A stretch of DNA of 64,000 nt from the NCBI GenBank assembly GCA_034667725.1, contig JAXDQS010000001.1:109593-173592 (forward strand), in the 5' to 3' direction. Shown here one piece after another: positions 18,841-27,514 of this stretch. This DNA is from Thermoplasmata archaeon (GTDB taxonomy: Archaea; Thermoplasmatota; E2; JACPAO01; JAHFTW01). A program made the translations under genes and the position numbers. The stretch's first letter is position 1; the number at the start of each line of letters is the position of its first letter. Under the pieces are notes generated by a model. That model saw nothing but the letters and a program-made list of their open reading frames with translations, was not told the origin of the DNA and ran no database searches.

Positions 18841-20913
18841 ATGCGCAACCTTGTCCTTGCCCTCCTGACCCTCGCCTTGGTGCTGCCCACCCCGTCGTTC
18901 GCCCAGGAGGCGGGGCAAGGCGTCCGGGTGCTGGAGGACCCCGCCGGCGACGTCGACTTCGCGGACACCGGCCAACCCCTGCCCGCCGGCGGCAACCCCT
19001 ACCTCGACATCCGCACCCTGGACGTCGAGGAGCGCGACGAGGTGTTCGTGTTCCGCTACAAGACCGAGGGCTTCCCCTCTGAGCCCGAGGCCCCCATCGT
19101 CGGCTCGGCGTCGCACCAGATCTCGTTCCGCCACAACGACGCCACCTTCTGGGTCTTCATCTGGCGCCAGGTCCTGGTCCAGACCCCGACCTACTACGCC
19201 AGCTTCGCGGCCAGCTACGGCGGCCAAGCGGGCGGCTCGTTCGCCAACCTCGACATCGTCGTGGGCGACGCCGGCCTCCTGACCTTCGAGATCCCGCGCA
19301 TCCTCCTGGCCGACGCCCAGGGCGCGCCGCCCTTCCCCGGCCGCGTCCTCGAGGACTTCCAGGCCGAGTCCGACAGCGGCGGCAGCTCGATCTGCATCCT
19401 CGAATGCCGCGAGCTGGTCAAGCAGAAGGACGTCGCGTCCTCCACCAGCTCCTTCGAGGTCAAGCTCGGCGTCCAGCAGAGCGGCAACGCCCGCCTCAGC
19501 TCGGCGACGCCCTACCGCGCCACCAACGGCCAGGCCGGCACCACCATCTTCGAGGTCCAGGCCGCCAACATCGGCATCGTCGCCGAGACCTTCGACCTCG
19601 CCGCCGTCAAGGTCCCCGCCAACTGGAAGGTCAGCCTGCCCCAGACCCAGGTCCGCCTGGAGCCCGGCGCCACCGCCACCTTCCCCGTCCTCCTGGAGAT
19701 CCCGTTCCAGCACGTCCACGGCCGCCTCCAGACCTTCGTGGTCGAGATGCGCAGCCCGCTGGACGCCGGCACCGTCGGCCGCGTCGAGCTGGGCCTCCAG
19801 TTCGTGGACCCGCCCCAGCCCGCCGGGCACCACCCCGCCCTGTTCCTGCACAGCCACGCCGCCCGCGACGAGCTCAACACCGCCTTCGGCGCGCTGGTGG
19901 CCGGCAACGGCGCCTGGGCCTCGATGAACACCCTCGACAAGGACGACCTCGACGCCGGCGTCCCGGTGTCCGCCCAGTACAGGGGCGCGGAGGGCGACCT
20001 CGCCGAGCGCAGCAAGTTCCAATGGACCGTCCCGCTGGCCCCCGGCCTCCGCATGGGCATCGACGGCGACATGGCCGGCCTCGGCGCCATCCGCCTCCCG
20101 GTCAGCACCGTCCTGCCCATGGACAACGCCATCGTCGACGGCGCCCTCATCGTCGTCGTCCCCGAGTACTCCTTCGACGGCTACACCTACTGGGAGGAGG
20201 GCACCGAGACCACGATCGCCACCATCCCGCCCACGGCCGCCGTCTCGATCGGCGCCAACGGCCAAGCCATGCTGGAGGGCGAGGTGCGCCCCCACCCGGC
20301 CGGCGACCTGGTGCCGTTCCAGGCCGGCCAGCAGATGCTGCTGGTGCTCAACGTCACCTTCGACCGGCCCGCGACCGTCACGGCCCCGGAGGCGCCCGCG
20401 CTCCTGCCCGGCGGCACCCTCACCGTCCCGCTGCTGGACTACTCCGACCCCGTCGACCAGGTGCTCTCGACCCTGTCGGGCCTGAGCCTCACCGCCAAGG
20501 ACGGCCAGGAGCGCCGCGCCCCGCCCGACTCCACCGCCGTCTACACGATGGAGCTCACCGGCCCCGCCGGCGAGTACCGCCTGGCCGCCTACGGCGCGAA
20601 CCAGGAATGGGTCCGGTTCGCCGAGGGCGAGTCGGCCACCGTCGTCGACGGCGTCGCCACCCTGCACGTCCTCATCGACGTCCCGGCCGACACGCCGAGC
20701 AGCACGGTGACCGACTTCGTCGTCGAGGCCGCCCACCGCGAGATGCTCGACGCCCGCGCCGTGGCCCGCCTGCGCCTGGTCGCCGACCCCACGGCGCCCG
20801 CCGCCGAGAACGTCCCCGACGAGGTCGCGCTCGAGTCGCCGTCGGCGGCCGTCGCCCTCTTGGGCGTGGCCCTGCTGGCGGCCGCCGGCTCGCGGCGCCG
20901 GGTCTATCCGTAG
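18841..20913 (+). CDS. Large secreted protein with a C-terminal TM anchor and basic tail (SPSAAVALLGVALLAAAGSRRRVYP). An alternative start is at 18805.
   Basis: Signal peptide MRNLVLALLTLALVLPTPSFAQEA. TATA-like TTTGTATAG ~25 nt upstream. C-terminal hydrophobic helix plus RRR. No recognisable catalytic motifs. Confidence 0.55.
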   Translation: MRNLVLALLTLALVLPTPSFAQEAGQGVRVLEDPAGDVDFADTGQPLPAGGNPYLDIRTLDVEERDEVFVFRYKTEGFPSEPEAPIVGSASHQISFRHNDATFWVFIWRQVLVQTPTYYASFAASYGGQAGGSFANLDIVVGDAGLLTFEIPRILLADAQGAPPFPGRVLEDFQAESDSGGSSICILECRELVKQKDVASSTSSFEVKLGVQQSGNARLSSATPYRATNGQAGTTIFEVQAANIGIVAETFDLAAVKVPANWKVSLPQTQVRLEPGATATFPVLLEIPFQHVHGRLQTFVVEMRSPLDAGTVGRVELGLQFVDPPQPAGHHPALFLHSHAARDELNTAFGALVAGNGAWASMNTLDKDDLDAGVPVSAQYRGAEGDLAERSKFQWTVPLAPGLRMGIDGDMAGLGAIRLPVSTVLPMDNAIVDGALIVVVPEYSFDGYTYWEEGTETTIATIPPTAAVSIGANGQAMLEGEVRPHPAGDLVPFQAGQQMLLVLNVTFDRPATVTAPEAPALLPGGTLTVPLLDYSDPVDQVLSTLSGLSLTAKDGQERRAPPDSTAVYTMELTGPAGEYRLAAYGANQEWVRFAEGESATVVDGVATLHVLIDVPADTPSSTVTDFVVEAAHREMLDARAVARLRLVADPTAPAAENVPDEVALESPSAAVALLGVALLAAAGSRRRVYP

Positions 20914-20931
20914 GCGCGCCAATCGCGCCGC

Positions 20932-21555
20932 ATGGATTTCGGAGCCTGGTGGAACGACAACGGCGGCGCCCTGGAGTCGCTCGGCATCTACGCCGTCGGC
21001 ATCGCCGCCTACACCCTCGTCGTGACGGCGCTCTACGTCCCGCTCGGCCACCGCGTCATGCTGGGCCGGCTCCGGGGCACCGAGCGGGTCGCCACCAGGG
21101 GCCGCACCGCGCTCTACTTCCTCCTGTTCCCCCTCATCTCGTTCAGCTTCTTCCTCGTCGTCGTCAGCTCGCTGCTGTTCCTGTCGAGCACCTCGTCGTC
21201 CACGTTGCTGCCGAAGGACATCCTCACCATCGGCATGGGCACGGTCATCGCCATCCGCCTGGTGGCCTACTTCCACGAGAACGCGGCGCAGGAACTGGGC
21301 AAGATCATGCCCCTTGGCCTCTTGGGCGTCGTGCTGGTCACCAACCGCGTCGACTCCTTGGGCGACTCCCTGGCGCAGCTCAAGCTGCTGATCGAGCACC
21401 TCGACGTCGTCGGCCTCTACTTCACCGTCATGGTGCTGGTCGAGTTCACCTGCCGCGGCATCCACGCCGTCTGGGCCCGCTCCACGGGGCACAAGGCCAA
21501 GGCGCCCGCCAAGCCGGCCACCCCGGCCCGTCCTGCCTTCGTGCAACGCAAGTAA
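20932..21555 (+). CDS. Hypothetical membrane protein (about 5 TM), probably co-transcribed with 18841..20913
   Basis: 207-aa ORF starting 18 nt after the upstream stop. Multiple hydrophobic helices. Lys/Ala/Pro-rich C-terminal tail. Confidence 0.5.
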   Translation: MDFGAWWNDNGGALESLGIYAVGIAAYTLVVTALYVPLGHRVMLGRLRGTERVATRGRTALYFLLFPLISFSFFLVVVSSLLFLSSTSSSTLLPKDILTIGMGTVIAIRLVAYFHENAAQELGKIMPLGLLGVVLVTNRVDSLGDSLAQLKLLIEHLDVVGLYFTVMVLVEFTCRGIHAVWARSTGHKAKAPAKPATPARPAFVQRK

Positions 21556-21582
21556 GCCGGCTTCTGCCCACGGCCGTCGTCA

Positions 21583-21605
21583 TTTATAGAAGCGCCAACC
21601 ATGCC
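21583..21605 (+). promoter_or_regulatory. TATA box plus conserved downstream box, TTTATAGAAGCGCCAACCATGCC, upstream of psmB (leaderless)
   Basis: TATA TTTATAGA lies 21-28 nt upstream of the psmB ATG. The 23-nt stretch is near-identical to the one upstream of cdc48 (57022..57045). Confidence 0.6.
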
Positions 21606-21611
21606 GGGACG

Positions 21612-22226
21612 ATGACGACCACGGTCGGGATCAAGACTCCGGAGGGCATCGTCTTGGCGACGGACCGCCGGGCGACGATGGGCTACTACGTCGCGGACAA
21701 GGACGTCGTGAAGATCGAGCCGCTGGACGCCGACTCGGCCATCACCATCGCGGGCTCCGTGGCGCAAGCCCAGTCCTACGCCCACATGCTTCGCCTGAAC
21801 CTGGAGTACACCCGCGGCCGCCGCGGCTGGTCGCTCTCGCCCCAGGAGCTCGCCAAGCTCGCCGCGCACACCATCCAGCGCGCCGGCGGCATCTACGGCC
21901 AGTTCATCCTCGCCACCCGCGGCACCGACGGCACCCACCTCTGGGACGTCGGCGGCGACGGCTCGCTCATCGCCAAGCGCGACTACACCTGCACCGGCTC
22001 CGGCACCGGCCCCGCCGTGGGCGTCCTGGAGTCCGCCGACTGGTCCAAGGTCAAGGGCATGAAGGACGCCGTCGAGCTCGCCAAGAAGGCCGTGCGCGCC
22101 AGCACCCAGCGCGACGTCGCCTCCGGCAACGGCTTCGTGGTCTACACCCTGCCCAACGCCGGCGACGCCGGGCTGCGCATCTACACTTTCAGCACCGAAG
22201 TGACCGAGGAGGTGCTGCCCGCATGA
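21612..22226 (+). CDS. psmB: Proteasome beta subunit with no propeptide (Met immediately followed by Thr1)
   Basis: MTTTVGIKTPEGIVLATDRRATMGYYVADKDVVKI. The catalytic Thr is at the position after Met1. GSVAQAQSY, K33 and D17 context. No in-frame start upstream, because the TATA box occupies that space. Confidence 0.9.
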   Translation: MTTTVGIKTPEGIVLATDRRATMGYYVADKDVVKIEPLDADSAITIAGSVAQAQSYAHMLRLNLEYTRGRRGWSLSPQELAKLAAHTIQRAGGIYGQFILATRGTDGTHLWDVGGDGSLIAKRDYTCTGSGTGPAVGVLESADWSKVKGMKDAVELAKKAVRASTQRDVASGNGFVVYTLPNAGDAGLRIYTFSTEVTEEVLPA

Positions 22227-22302
22227 ACAGCCGGCACGCTTGCGGGCAGGCTGCCGAGGCCCGCAGGGCCGAGGATGAATGCGCGAGCCCGGAGGCGAGC
22301 GC

Positions 22303-23028
22303 ATGAAGCCCACCGTCGACACCGCCTACCTCCACTTCGACGAGACCGGCAGCATCCCGGCCATCAAGTACGCCCGCATCACCCTCGGGATGGGCCTGCC
22401 CATCATCGCCGCCCGCGACGACAAGCAGGTCGTGGTGGCCACCGTCAACCGCGACGGCAACCCGCTCTACACCGGCGCCGACAAGACCATCCGCGTCAGC
22501 CGCGACTGCGTCGTCCTGGTCACCGGCCACGGCGGCGACACCAACCAGGTCCGCCAACTGCTGCGGGACCTCGCGGTCAACCACAAGTTCGTCCTCGGCA
22601 GCGAGGTCTCCCCCAAGGAGGTCAGCCTCGCGCTCTCCGACTACCTGCACCAGCTCGGCATGAGCTACCGCCGCCCCCTCGGCGTCGGCATCATCGTCGC
22701 CGGCTTCGACGTCCACGGCACCGAGCCCGCGCTCTACCACTGCGACGTCGACGGCAACGCCACCGACCGTGTCGGCATCGCCCTCGGCAAGGAGGCCAGC
22801 CAGGCCGAGCACATCCTCCAGGACGGCATGCGCTCCAAGGGCCCCAAGAAGCTCGAGGACATCGTCCGCGCCGCCGCCGACGCCGCCATCAAGGGCTTGA
22901 AGGAGTCCAACGTCGACATGGCCGGGCAGAGCTTCCGCGTCGACCTGGAGGCGCTGCGGCCGAGCCGCGAGGTCACGGCCCCCGCCACCGAGCGCAAGCC
23001 CGCGAAGGAACCCAAGGGCAGCGCCTAG
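22303..23028 (+). CDS. psmA: Highly divergent proteasome alpha-type (Ntn-fold, no Thr1) subunit. SD-dependent second gene of the operon.
   Basis: GGAGG 7 nt upstream of the ATG. HFDETGSIPAIKYA aligns with alpha FSPDGRLFQVEYA. RRPLGVGIIVAGFDVHGTEPALYHCDVDGN aligns with alpha RPFGVSLLIAG.D..PRLYETDPSG. The YDR gate motif is not conserved. Confidence 0.6.
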   Translation: MKPTVDTAYLHFDETGSIPAIKYARITLGMGLPIIAARDDKQVVVATVNRDGNPLYTGADKTIRVSRDCVVLVTGHGGDTNQVRQLLRDLAVNHKFVLGSEVSPKEVSLALSDYLHQLGMSYRRPLGVGIIVAGFDVHGTEPALYHCDVDGNATDRVGIALGKEASQAEHILQDGMRSKGPKKLEDIVRAAADAAIKGLKESNVDMAGQSFRVDLEALRPSREVTAPATERKPAKEPKGSA

Positions 23029-23049
23029 CCGCCCACCGCCCCGGACGAA

Positions 23050-23083
23050 ACACAGATTCCACAGAGTTCTGTGGAATCTGTGT
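23050..23083. terminator. 34-bp perfect palindrome (ACACAGATTCCACAGA-GT-TCTGTGGAATCTGTGT) between the convergent psmA-like and oxidoreductase genes
   Basis: 16-bp perfect inverted arms with a 2-nt centre. Lower GC than the flanks. Likely a bidirectional terminator hairpin or a dimeric-TF operator. Confidence 0.5.
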
Positions 23084-23113
23084 CTAGTGGGTCGAGGGGA
23101 GTCGGGAAAGGCG

Positions 23114-24226
23114 TCAGGGCGCCCCGTACCCCTCGCGCAACTCGAACTCCAGCGCCGGCTCCGGCCCGAAGCGCGCCGGGTCCAGGTCCGCGTGCGGCCG
23201 CCCGCGCACCACGTCGGCCAGCCGCTGCCCCAACGCCAGCGACCGCATCAGCCCGAAGCCGTTGTCGCCCGTCAGCACGAACAGCCCCGGCCGCCCCGGC
23301 ACCGCGCCGCACAGCGGCCGGCGGTCGGGCGTGCCGACGCACAGCCCAGCCCAGCCGGACCGCACCGTCGCCTCGCCGCCATGCGTGAAGCGGCGCACGA
23401 CCCGCTCGGCCGTGTGCACGATGAACTCCGGGTCCGCGACCTCGTTGTAGGCCTCCGGGTCGAACGGGCGCAACTGGGTCCCATTGCCCGCCAGCATGGA
23501 GCCCGCCGACTCCGGCCGGGTGTAGAAGTGCTGCACCAGGTCGTGGACGATGGGCAGCTCCTCCGCGTCCGGGATGGCCAGGCTGGCCAACTGGGTGCGG
23601 TAGGCCAGCAACGGCAGGCGGACGCCGTCCTTGGCCAGCAAGTCGCGGGTCCAGGCGCCGCCGCACACCGCCACCACGCCGCCGCCGTTGCGGAGGTCGG
23701 CGAGGCTTGCCGCCGAGCGCTCGCGCACCGTGACGCCCTCCTGCTCCAGCCGCGCCCGCAGCGCCGCCAAGAAGTCGCCCGCCTCGATGACGCCGTCCTC
23801 CTGCGCCACCAAGACCTCCTCGCTGGGCGCGAACTCGACGCCCGGGAACTCGCGGCCCGCCTCGCGCGCCGACATGCGGTCGCACTCCTCAGTATGCCGC
23901 TCGACCCGGGATTGCAGCTCGTCCAGCATCGGCGACCCCTGCGGCCCCACGATGATGGACTCCGTCGGCCGCCACGCCGCCTTCGCGTTGCGCTCGCCGG
24001 CCGCCATCGCAAGCGCGATCAGCTCGCCCAAGGCGCCGCGCGTCTCCGCGATGAGCCGGTAGTCGGCGTCGTTCCACGCAAACGACGACAGGATGCCGGC
24101 CGCCTTGGCCGACGCGCCCGCGCCCAGGTTGGCGCGCTCGACGAGGGTCACGGCGTGCCCGGCCTCCGCCAAGGCGAGCGCCGAGGCGCAGCCGAGGGCG
24201 CCGCCACCGACGACGGTGATGTCCAC
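23114..24226 (-). CDS. FAD-dependent oxidoreductase (DAO/glycine oxidase-like)
   Basis: N-terminal dinucleotide-binding motif MDITVVGGGALGCASALALAEAG..V.LVER. DAO-family length ~370 aa. Confidence 0.75.
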   Translation of the reverse strand: MDITVVGGGALGCASALALAEAGHAVTLVERANLGAGASAKAAGILSSFAWNDADYRLIAETRGALGELIALAMAAGERNAKAAWRPTESIIVGPQGSPMLDELQSRVERHTEECDRMSAREAGREFPGVEFAPSEEVLVAQEDGVIEAGDFLAALRARLEQEGVTVRERSAASLADLRNGGGVVAVCGGAWTRDLLAKDGVRLPLLAYRTQLASLAIPDAEELPIVHDLVQHFYTRPESAGSMLAGNGTQLRPFDPEAYNEVADPEFIVHTAERVVRRFTHGGEATVRSGWAGLCVGTPDRRPLCGAVPGRPGLFVLTGDNGFGLMRSLALGQRLADVVRGRPHADLDPARFGPEPALEFELREGYGAP

Positions 24227-24276
24227 GCCCGCCGGACGGCGGCACGCCTTATGGCCGGAGCGCCCTGGCGGGCCGC

Positions 24277-24699
24277 ATGGACGGGGTCATCTGCGAGAAG
24301 GGTCGCCACGTCAACTGCCTGCACGCCAAGCGCAAGGCGAAGGCGGCCAGCCCCGTGCAGGACTACCTGGCCGGCCTAGCCCCCGAGCCGCGGGCGGCCT
24401 TGGAGAAGCTCCAGAAGGCCATCCTGGCGGCGGCGCCGACGGCGGTCGAGGGCATGAGCTACGGGATGCCCGCCTTCAAGCTGGACGGCCACGGCATCGC
24501 GGCGTTCGCGGCCTTCAAGGACCACTTGAGCTTCTTCCCGATGAGCGGCACCCTGGTGGCGACGATGCAGGCCGACCTTGGGGGGTTCAAGACCTCCAAG
24601 GGCACCGTGCAGTTCACCCTGGACAAGCCCCTTCCGGCAGCGCTCGTCAAGAAGATGGTCAAAGCCCGCATCGCAGAGTTGCGGACGACGGGGCGCTGA
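24277..24699 (+). CDS. DUF1801 (YdhG-like) domain protein
   Basis: The VQDYLAGLAPEPRAALEKLQKAI...GMSYGMPAFKLDG...FAAFKDHLSFFP pattern is typical of DUF1801. Confidence 0.65.
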   Translation: MDGVICEKGRHVNCLHAKRKAKAASPVQDYLAGLAPEPRAALEKLQKAILAAAPTAVEGMSYGMPAFKLDGHGIAAFAAFKDHLSFFPMSGTLVATMQADLGGFKTSKGTVQFTLDKPLPAALVKKMVKARIAELRTTGR

Positions 24700-24863
24700 C
24701 GCAGGCTCATATATGGGGTGGGTGTCGGCCCGACTTGCAGCAGGCTTGCCCGCTGCCCTGGAATGTGCCCCCGCCGCCTCGTGCGGCACGCCCGGCCGGA
24801 CCTCGTGTCTGGCCACCAACGGCGCGGGGTGAACCTGGAAACCCGCGACCTCAAAGGTGCATC

Positions 24864-25496
24864 ATGCCCAACGCGTACCACCACATCGGAGAAGCCTGGA
24901 AGAGGCACGAGAAGACCCACGGCAGCGCCCAGTGGAACCGCCTCGTCGAATGGCGCGAGAGCGAGTCGTTCGCCCGCGTCGAGAAGCCGCTGCGCCTCGA
25001 CCGCGCCCGCGCCCTCGGCTACAAGGCAAAGCAGGGCATCATCGTGGTGCGCGCCCGCGTCCGCCGCGGCGGCCTGCACAAGAAGCGCTTCGTCCAGGGC
25101 CGCGTCCCCTCCAAGATGGGTGTCGCCAAGATCACGATGCGCCAGAACACCCAGGCCATCGCCGAGGTCCGCACCTCGAAGCACTACCCGAACCTCGAGG
25201 TCCTGAACTCGTACTGGGTCGGCGAGGACGGCAAGCACCACTACTACGAGGTCATCCTCGTGGACCCCTTCCACCCCGCCATCCAGTCCGACAAGCACCT
25301 GGCCTGGATCTGCACCAAGCCCGCCACCAACCGTGTGCTGCGTGGCAAGACCGCGGCCGGCCAGCGCCACCGCGGCCTGCGCTGGAAGGGCACGGGCTCG
25401 GAGCACACCCGCCCGTCGGTCAGCAAGTCCGGCGTCCGCCGCAAGGACAAGCTGCTGTGGAAGCGCCAGGACCAGGCGCGCCGCACCAAGCTGTGA
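24864..25496 (+). CDS. rpl15e: 50S ribosomal protein L15e
   Basis: MPNAYHHIGEAWKRHEK...RLDRARALGYKAKQGIIVVRARVRRGG...NLEVLNSYWVGEDGKHHYYEVILVDPFHPAIQ matches L15e along its whole length. Confidence 0.95.
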   Translation: MPNAYHHIGEAWKRHEKTHGSAQWNRLVEWRESESFARVEKPLRLDRARALGYKAKQGIIVVRARVRRGGLHKKRFVQGRVPSKMGVAKITMRQNTQAIAEVRTSKHYPNLEVLNSYWVGEDGKHHYYEVILVDPFHPAIQSDKHLAWICTKPATNRVLRGKTAAGQRHRGLRWKGTGSEHTRPSVSKSGVRRKDKLLWKRQDQARRTKL

Positions 25497-25507
25497 GCCT
25501 GCAGCGA

Positions 25508-25541
25508 TTCCTTTTCCCCTCCTTCTCCCCTTCTTTTCTTC
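25508..25541 (+). promoter_or_regulatory. 34-nt pure polypyrimidine tract (TTCCTTTTCCCCTCCTTCTCCCCTTCTTTTCTTC) immediately after rpl15e and directly before the GTG start of the next gene
   Basis: An uninterrupted C/T run with T4-T5 blocks. One of four similar tracts in the window. Terminator (oligo-U) or leader element. Confidence 0.4.
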
Positions 25542-25916
25542 GTGTCCGCTGACGCCAACCGTGCCACGGCCTTGGCCTTCCTTCGTCAGGCCGCGGCCGG
25601 CGACGTCGAGCCGTTGAAGGCCCTCGTCGCCCCTGGGGCCCGCCACCACAACCAGTATTTTCCGGCCGGCTTCGACGCGCTGCTGGCGGCGATGGCCGAG
25701 AACGCCCGGCAGCAGCCTCGCAAGGCGTTCACGGTCCATCATGCCGTCGCGGAAGGGGACCTGGTCGCGGTCCACTCGCACCTGGTCCCCGAGCCGGGCC
25801 AGCCTGGGATGATGGTGCTGCACCTGTTCCGGTTCGCGAAAGGCAAGGTCATCGAGCTGTGGGACATGGGGCAGCCCATCCAGCCTGATGGCCCGAACCG
25901 CGACGGGCCGTTCTGA
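25542..25916 (+). CDS. SnoaL-like / NTF2-fold (ketosteroid isomerase-like) protein, GTG start
   Basis: 124 aa with the alpha+beta NTF2-like pattern (LAFLRQAAAGDVEPLKALVAPGARHH...VAEGDLVAVHSHL...KGKVIELWD). Confidence 0.6.
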   Translation: MSADANRATALAFLRQAAAGDVEPLKALVAPGARHHNQYFPAGFDALLAAMAENARQQPRKAFTVHHAVAEGDLVAVHSHLVPEPGQPGMMVLHLFRFAKGKVIELWDMGQPIQPDGPNRDGPF

Positions 25917-25925
25917 GTCGTCGAA

Positions 25926-27386
25926 TCACGCGATGGGCGCGTCGGTGTCCACGAGGTTGCCGCCGTAGCCGCCGCCGAGGCCGCCGTGGCCCCACTTCAG
26001 CAGCAGGCCTTGGTGGCGCGCCCAGTCGGCGTTGTAGTCGGCGCAGGGGCAGGGCTCGTAGTCCGCCTGCCAGGTGCGCACCGTCGTGGGTTGGCCGATG
26101 ACCTTGGTGGCGTAGCTGCCTTCCCCGATGACCTGGGTGTCCATCGACTGCAAGGCGCAGCGGACGATCACGTTGCCGGTGACGTTCTGGCCGACGGCGA
26201 CGGCGGCGGGCCAGGAGGGCGGGGCATAGCTGACGGGCTCGTCGATGGCCGCGTAGGTGTCCTGCGGCGTGTTGTATTGGCTGTAGGTGTGCTCGGTGCC
26301 CCGGCAGGTGCCGCGCCAGCCGTCGCGGGTGTAGCGGAGCTCGACCATCACGTCGTAGCTGACCCAGTAGTCGCCGCCGGGGGAGCCGGAGCCGCCGGTG
26401 GCGTGGTAGGTGGCGGAGCTCTCGACGGGCGTCGGCCACGTGGTGGGCTGGGCCGACGGCCAGCGGTAGGGCGAGGATTGGCTGCACACGGCTTGGCTGT
26501 TGCAGGCGCGGAACTGGACGAAGGAGCCGTCCGGCGCCGCGATGGCGGCGGCGAAGTCGCCGTAGGATTGGCGGGCAAGGTTGCGCCAGGCGCCGCCGTC
26601 GACGCGGGCCTCGACCTTGGCCGCGGGCTGGCTGGCGGGGGTGTAGACGTTGGCCTGCACCCAGCCGGTGTTGCCCTTGACGTTCAGGAACAGCGCCTCG
26701 AACACGCCACGCTCGGCGGGGAACGGCGCCGCGTTCGGCCAGGTCCAGCCGTTGGAGGGGAAGTAGAGGGCGCCGTCGGTGGCGCGGACCCGGAACTGCA
26801 CTTCGGCGCCAGAGACGACATGGGTCGAGACGGCCCAGCCGCCCCAGCTCTGCAGCTTGAGCGGGACCCAGGTGCCGCCGTCGACGCGGGCATCGACGCC
26901 CGCGAGGGCGCGGTCGCTCTTGACGGAGACTTGGATCCACCATTCGTTGCCCTGGATGCCGGACAGCGTGGGGTTGTAGCCGGTCGGCGCGGGCGGGGGC
27001 GGAGGCGGCGGAGGGGGCGGCGTGGTGGAGCACTTCTCGGCGCCGGCAGGGTGGCTGAACCAGCAGCTCAACTGCTGCGCGCCGCCGCTCCAGGAGGCCC
27101 GGAACCGGACGTCGTGGCCGGGCTCGATGTGGAACGAGGCCGCGTAGGCGCCCCAGGACTTCTTCTCCATCTTGACCCACGGCCCGCCGGTGTCCTGGCC
27201 TTCCAGGGTCATGACGGTGCCGGAGCCTTGGCCCGACAGCACCACCTCGACCCACCACTCGTTGCCGGTCCTGTGGTCGAACACGATGGCCTTGCCCGTG
27301 TCGTTCTGAAGATGGTTGCCGCCAGCGGGCACGCCCAAGAAGGCGGCTGCGACGAGCAGCGCGACCAGCAGGGCGGCGCGGGGCAT
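25926..27386 (-). CDS. Secreted protein A with three tandem expansin-C/CBM63-like modules, poly-Pro linkers and a C-terminal domain of unknown function
   Basis: Signal peptide MPRAALLVALLVAAAFLGVPA. Repeated ~95-aa modules with the GNEWW(V/I)(E/Q)V...V(E/D)ARVDGG(A/T)W.PL..QSWG...VQFR(A/V) signature. P11 linker. The rest of ORF 25926..28202 is an artefactual extension. Confidence 0.65.
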   Translation of the reverse strand: MPRAALLVALLVAAAFLGVPAGGNHLQNDTGKAIVFDHRTGNEWWVEVVLSGQGSGTVMTLEGQDTGGPWVKMEKKSWGAYAASFHIEPGHDVRFRASWSGGAQQLSCWFSHPAGAEKCSTTPPPPPPPPPPAPTGYNPTLSGIQGNEWWIQVSVKSDRALAGVDARVDGGTWVPLKLQSWGGWAVSTHVVSGAEVQFRVRATDGALYFPSNGWTWPNAAPFPAERGVFEALFLNVKGNTGWVQANVYTPASQPAAKVEARVDGGAWRNLARQSYGDFAAAIAAPDGSFVQFRACNSQAVCSQSSPYRWPSAQPTTWPTPVESSATYHATGGSGSPGGDYWVSYDVMVELRYTRDGWRGTCRGTEHTYSQYNTPQDTYAAIDEPVSYAPPSWPAAVAVGQNVTGNVIVRCALQSMDTQVIGEGSYATKVIGQPTTVRTWQADYEPCPCADYNADWARHQGLLLKWGHGGLGGGYGGNLVDTDAPIA

Positions 27387-27469
27387 GCTCTCTTCTTGTC
27401 GCCCAGGAAGGGAAAGGCTGTCGTCTGGCGCAACCGGGCCCTTCGGCAAGGGGATTCCCCGGCCGGCCG

Positions 27470-27499
27470 CAAGAAAAGGGAAGAAAGAGGAGGAAAAAG
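27470..27499 (-). promoter_or_regulatory. 30-nt polypyrimidine tract on the minus (coding) strand between paralog genes B and A
   Basis: Plus strand is pure purine, AAGAAAAGGGAAGAAAGAGGAGGAAAAAGG. Minus strand reads CCTTTTTCCTCCTCTTTCTTCCCTTTTCTT with T5 runs. Follows the stop of gene B. Confidence 0.4.
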
Positions 27500-27514
27500 G
27501 CGGCCTTGGCCGCG

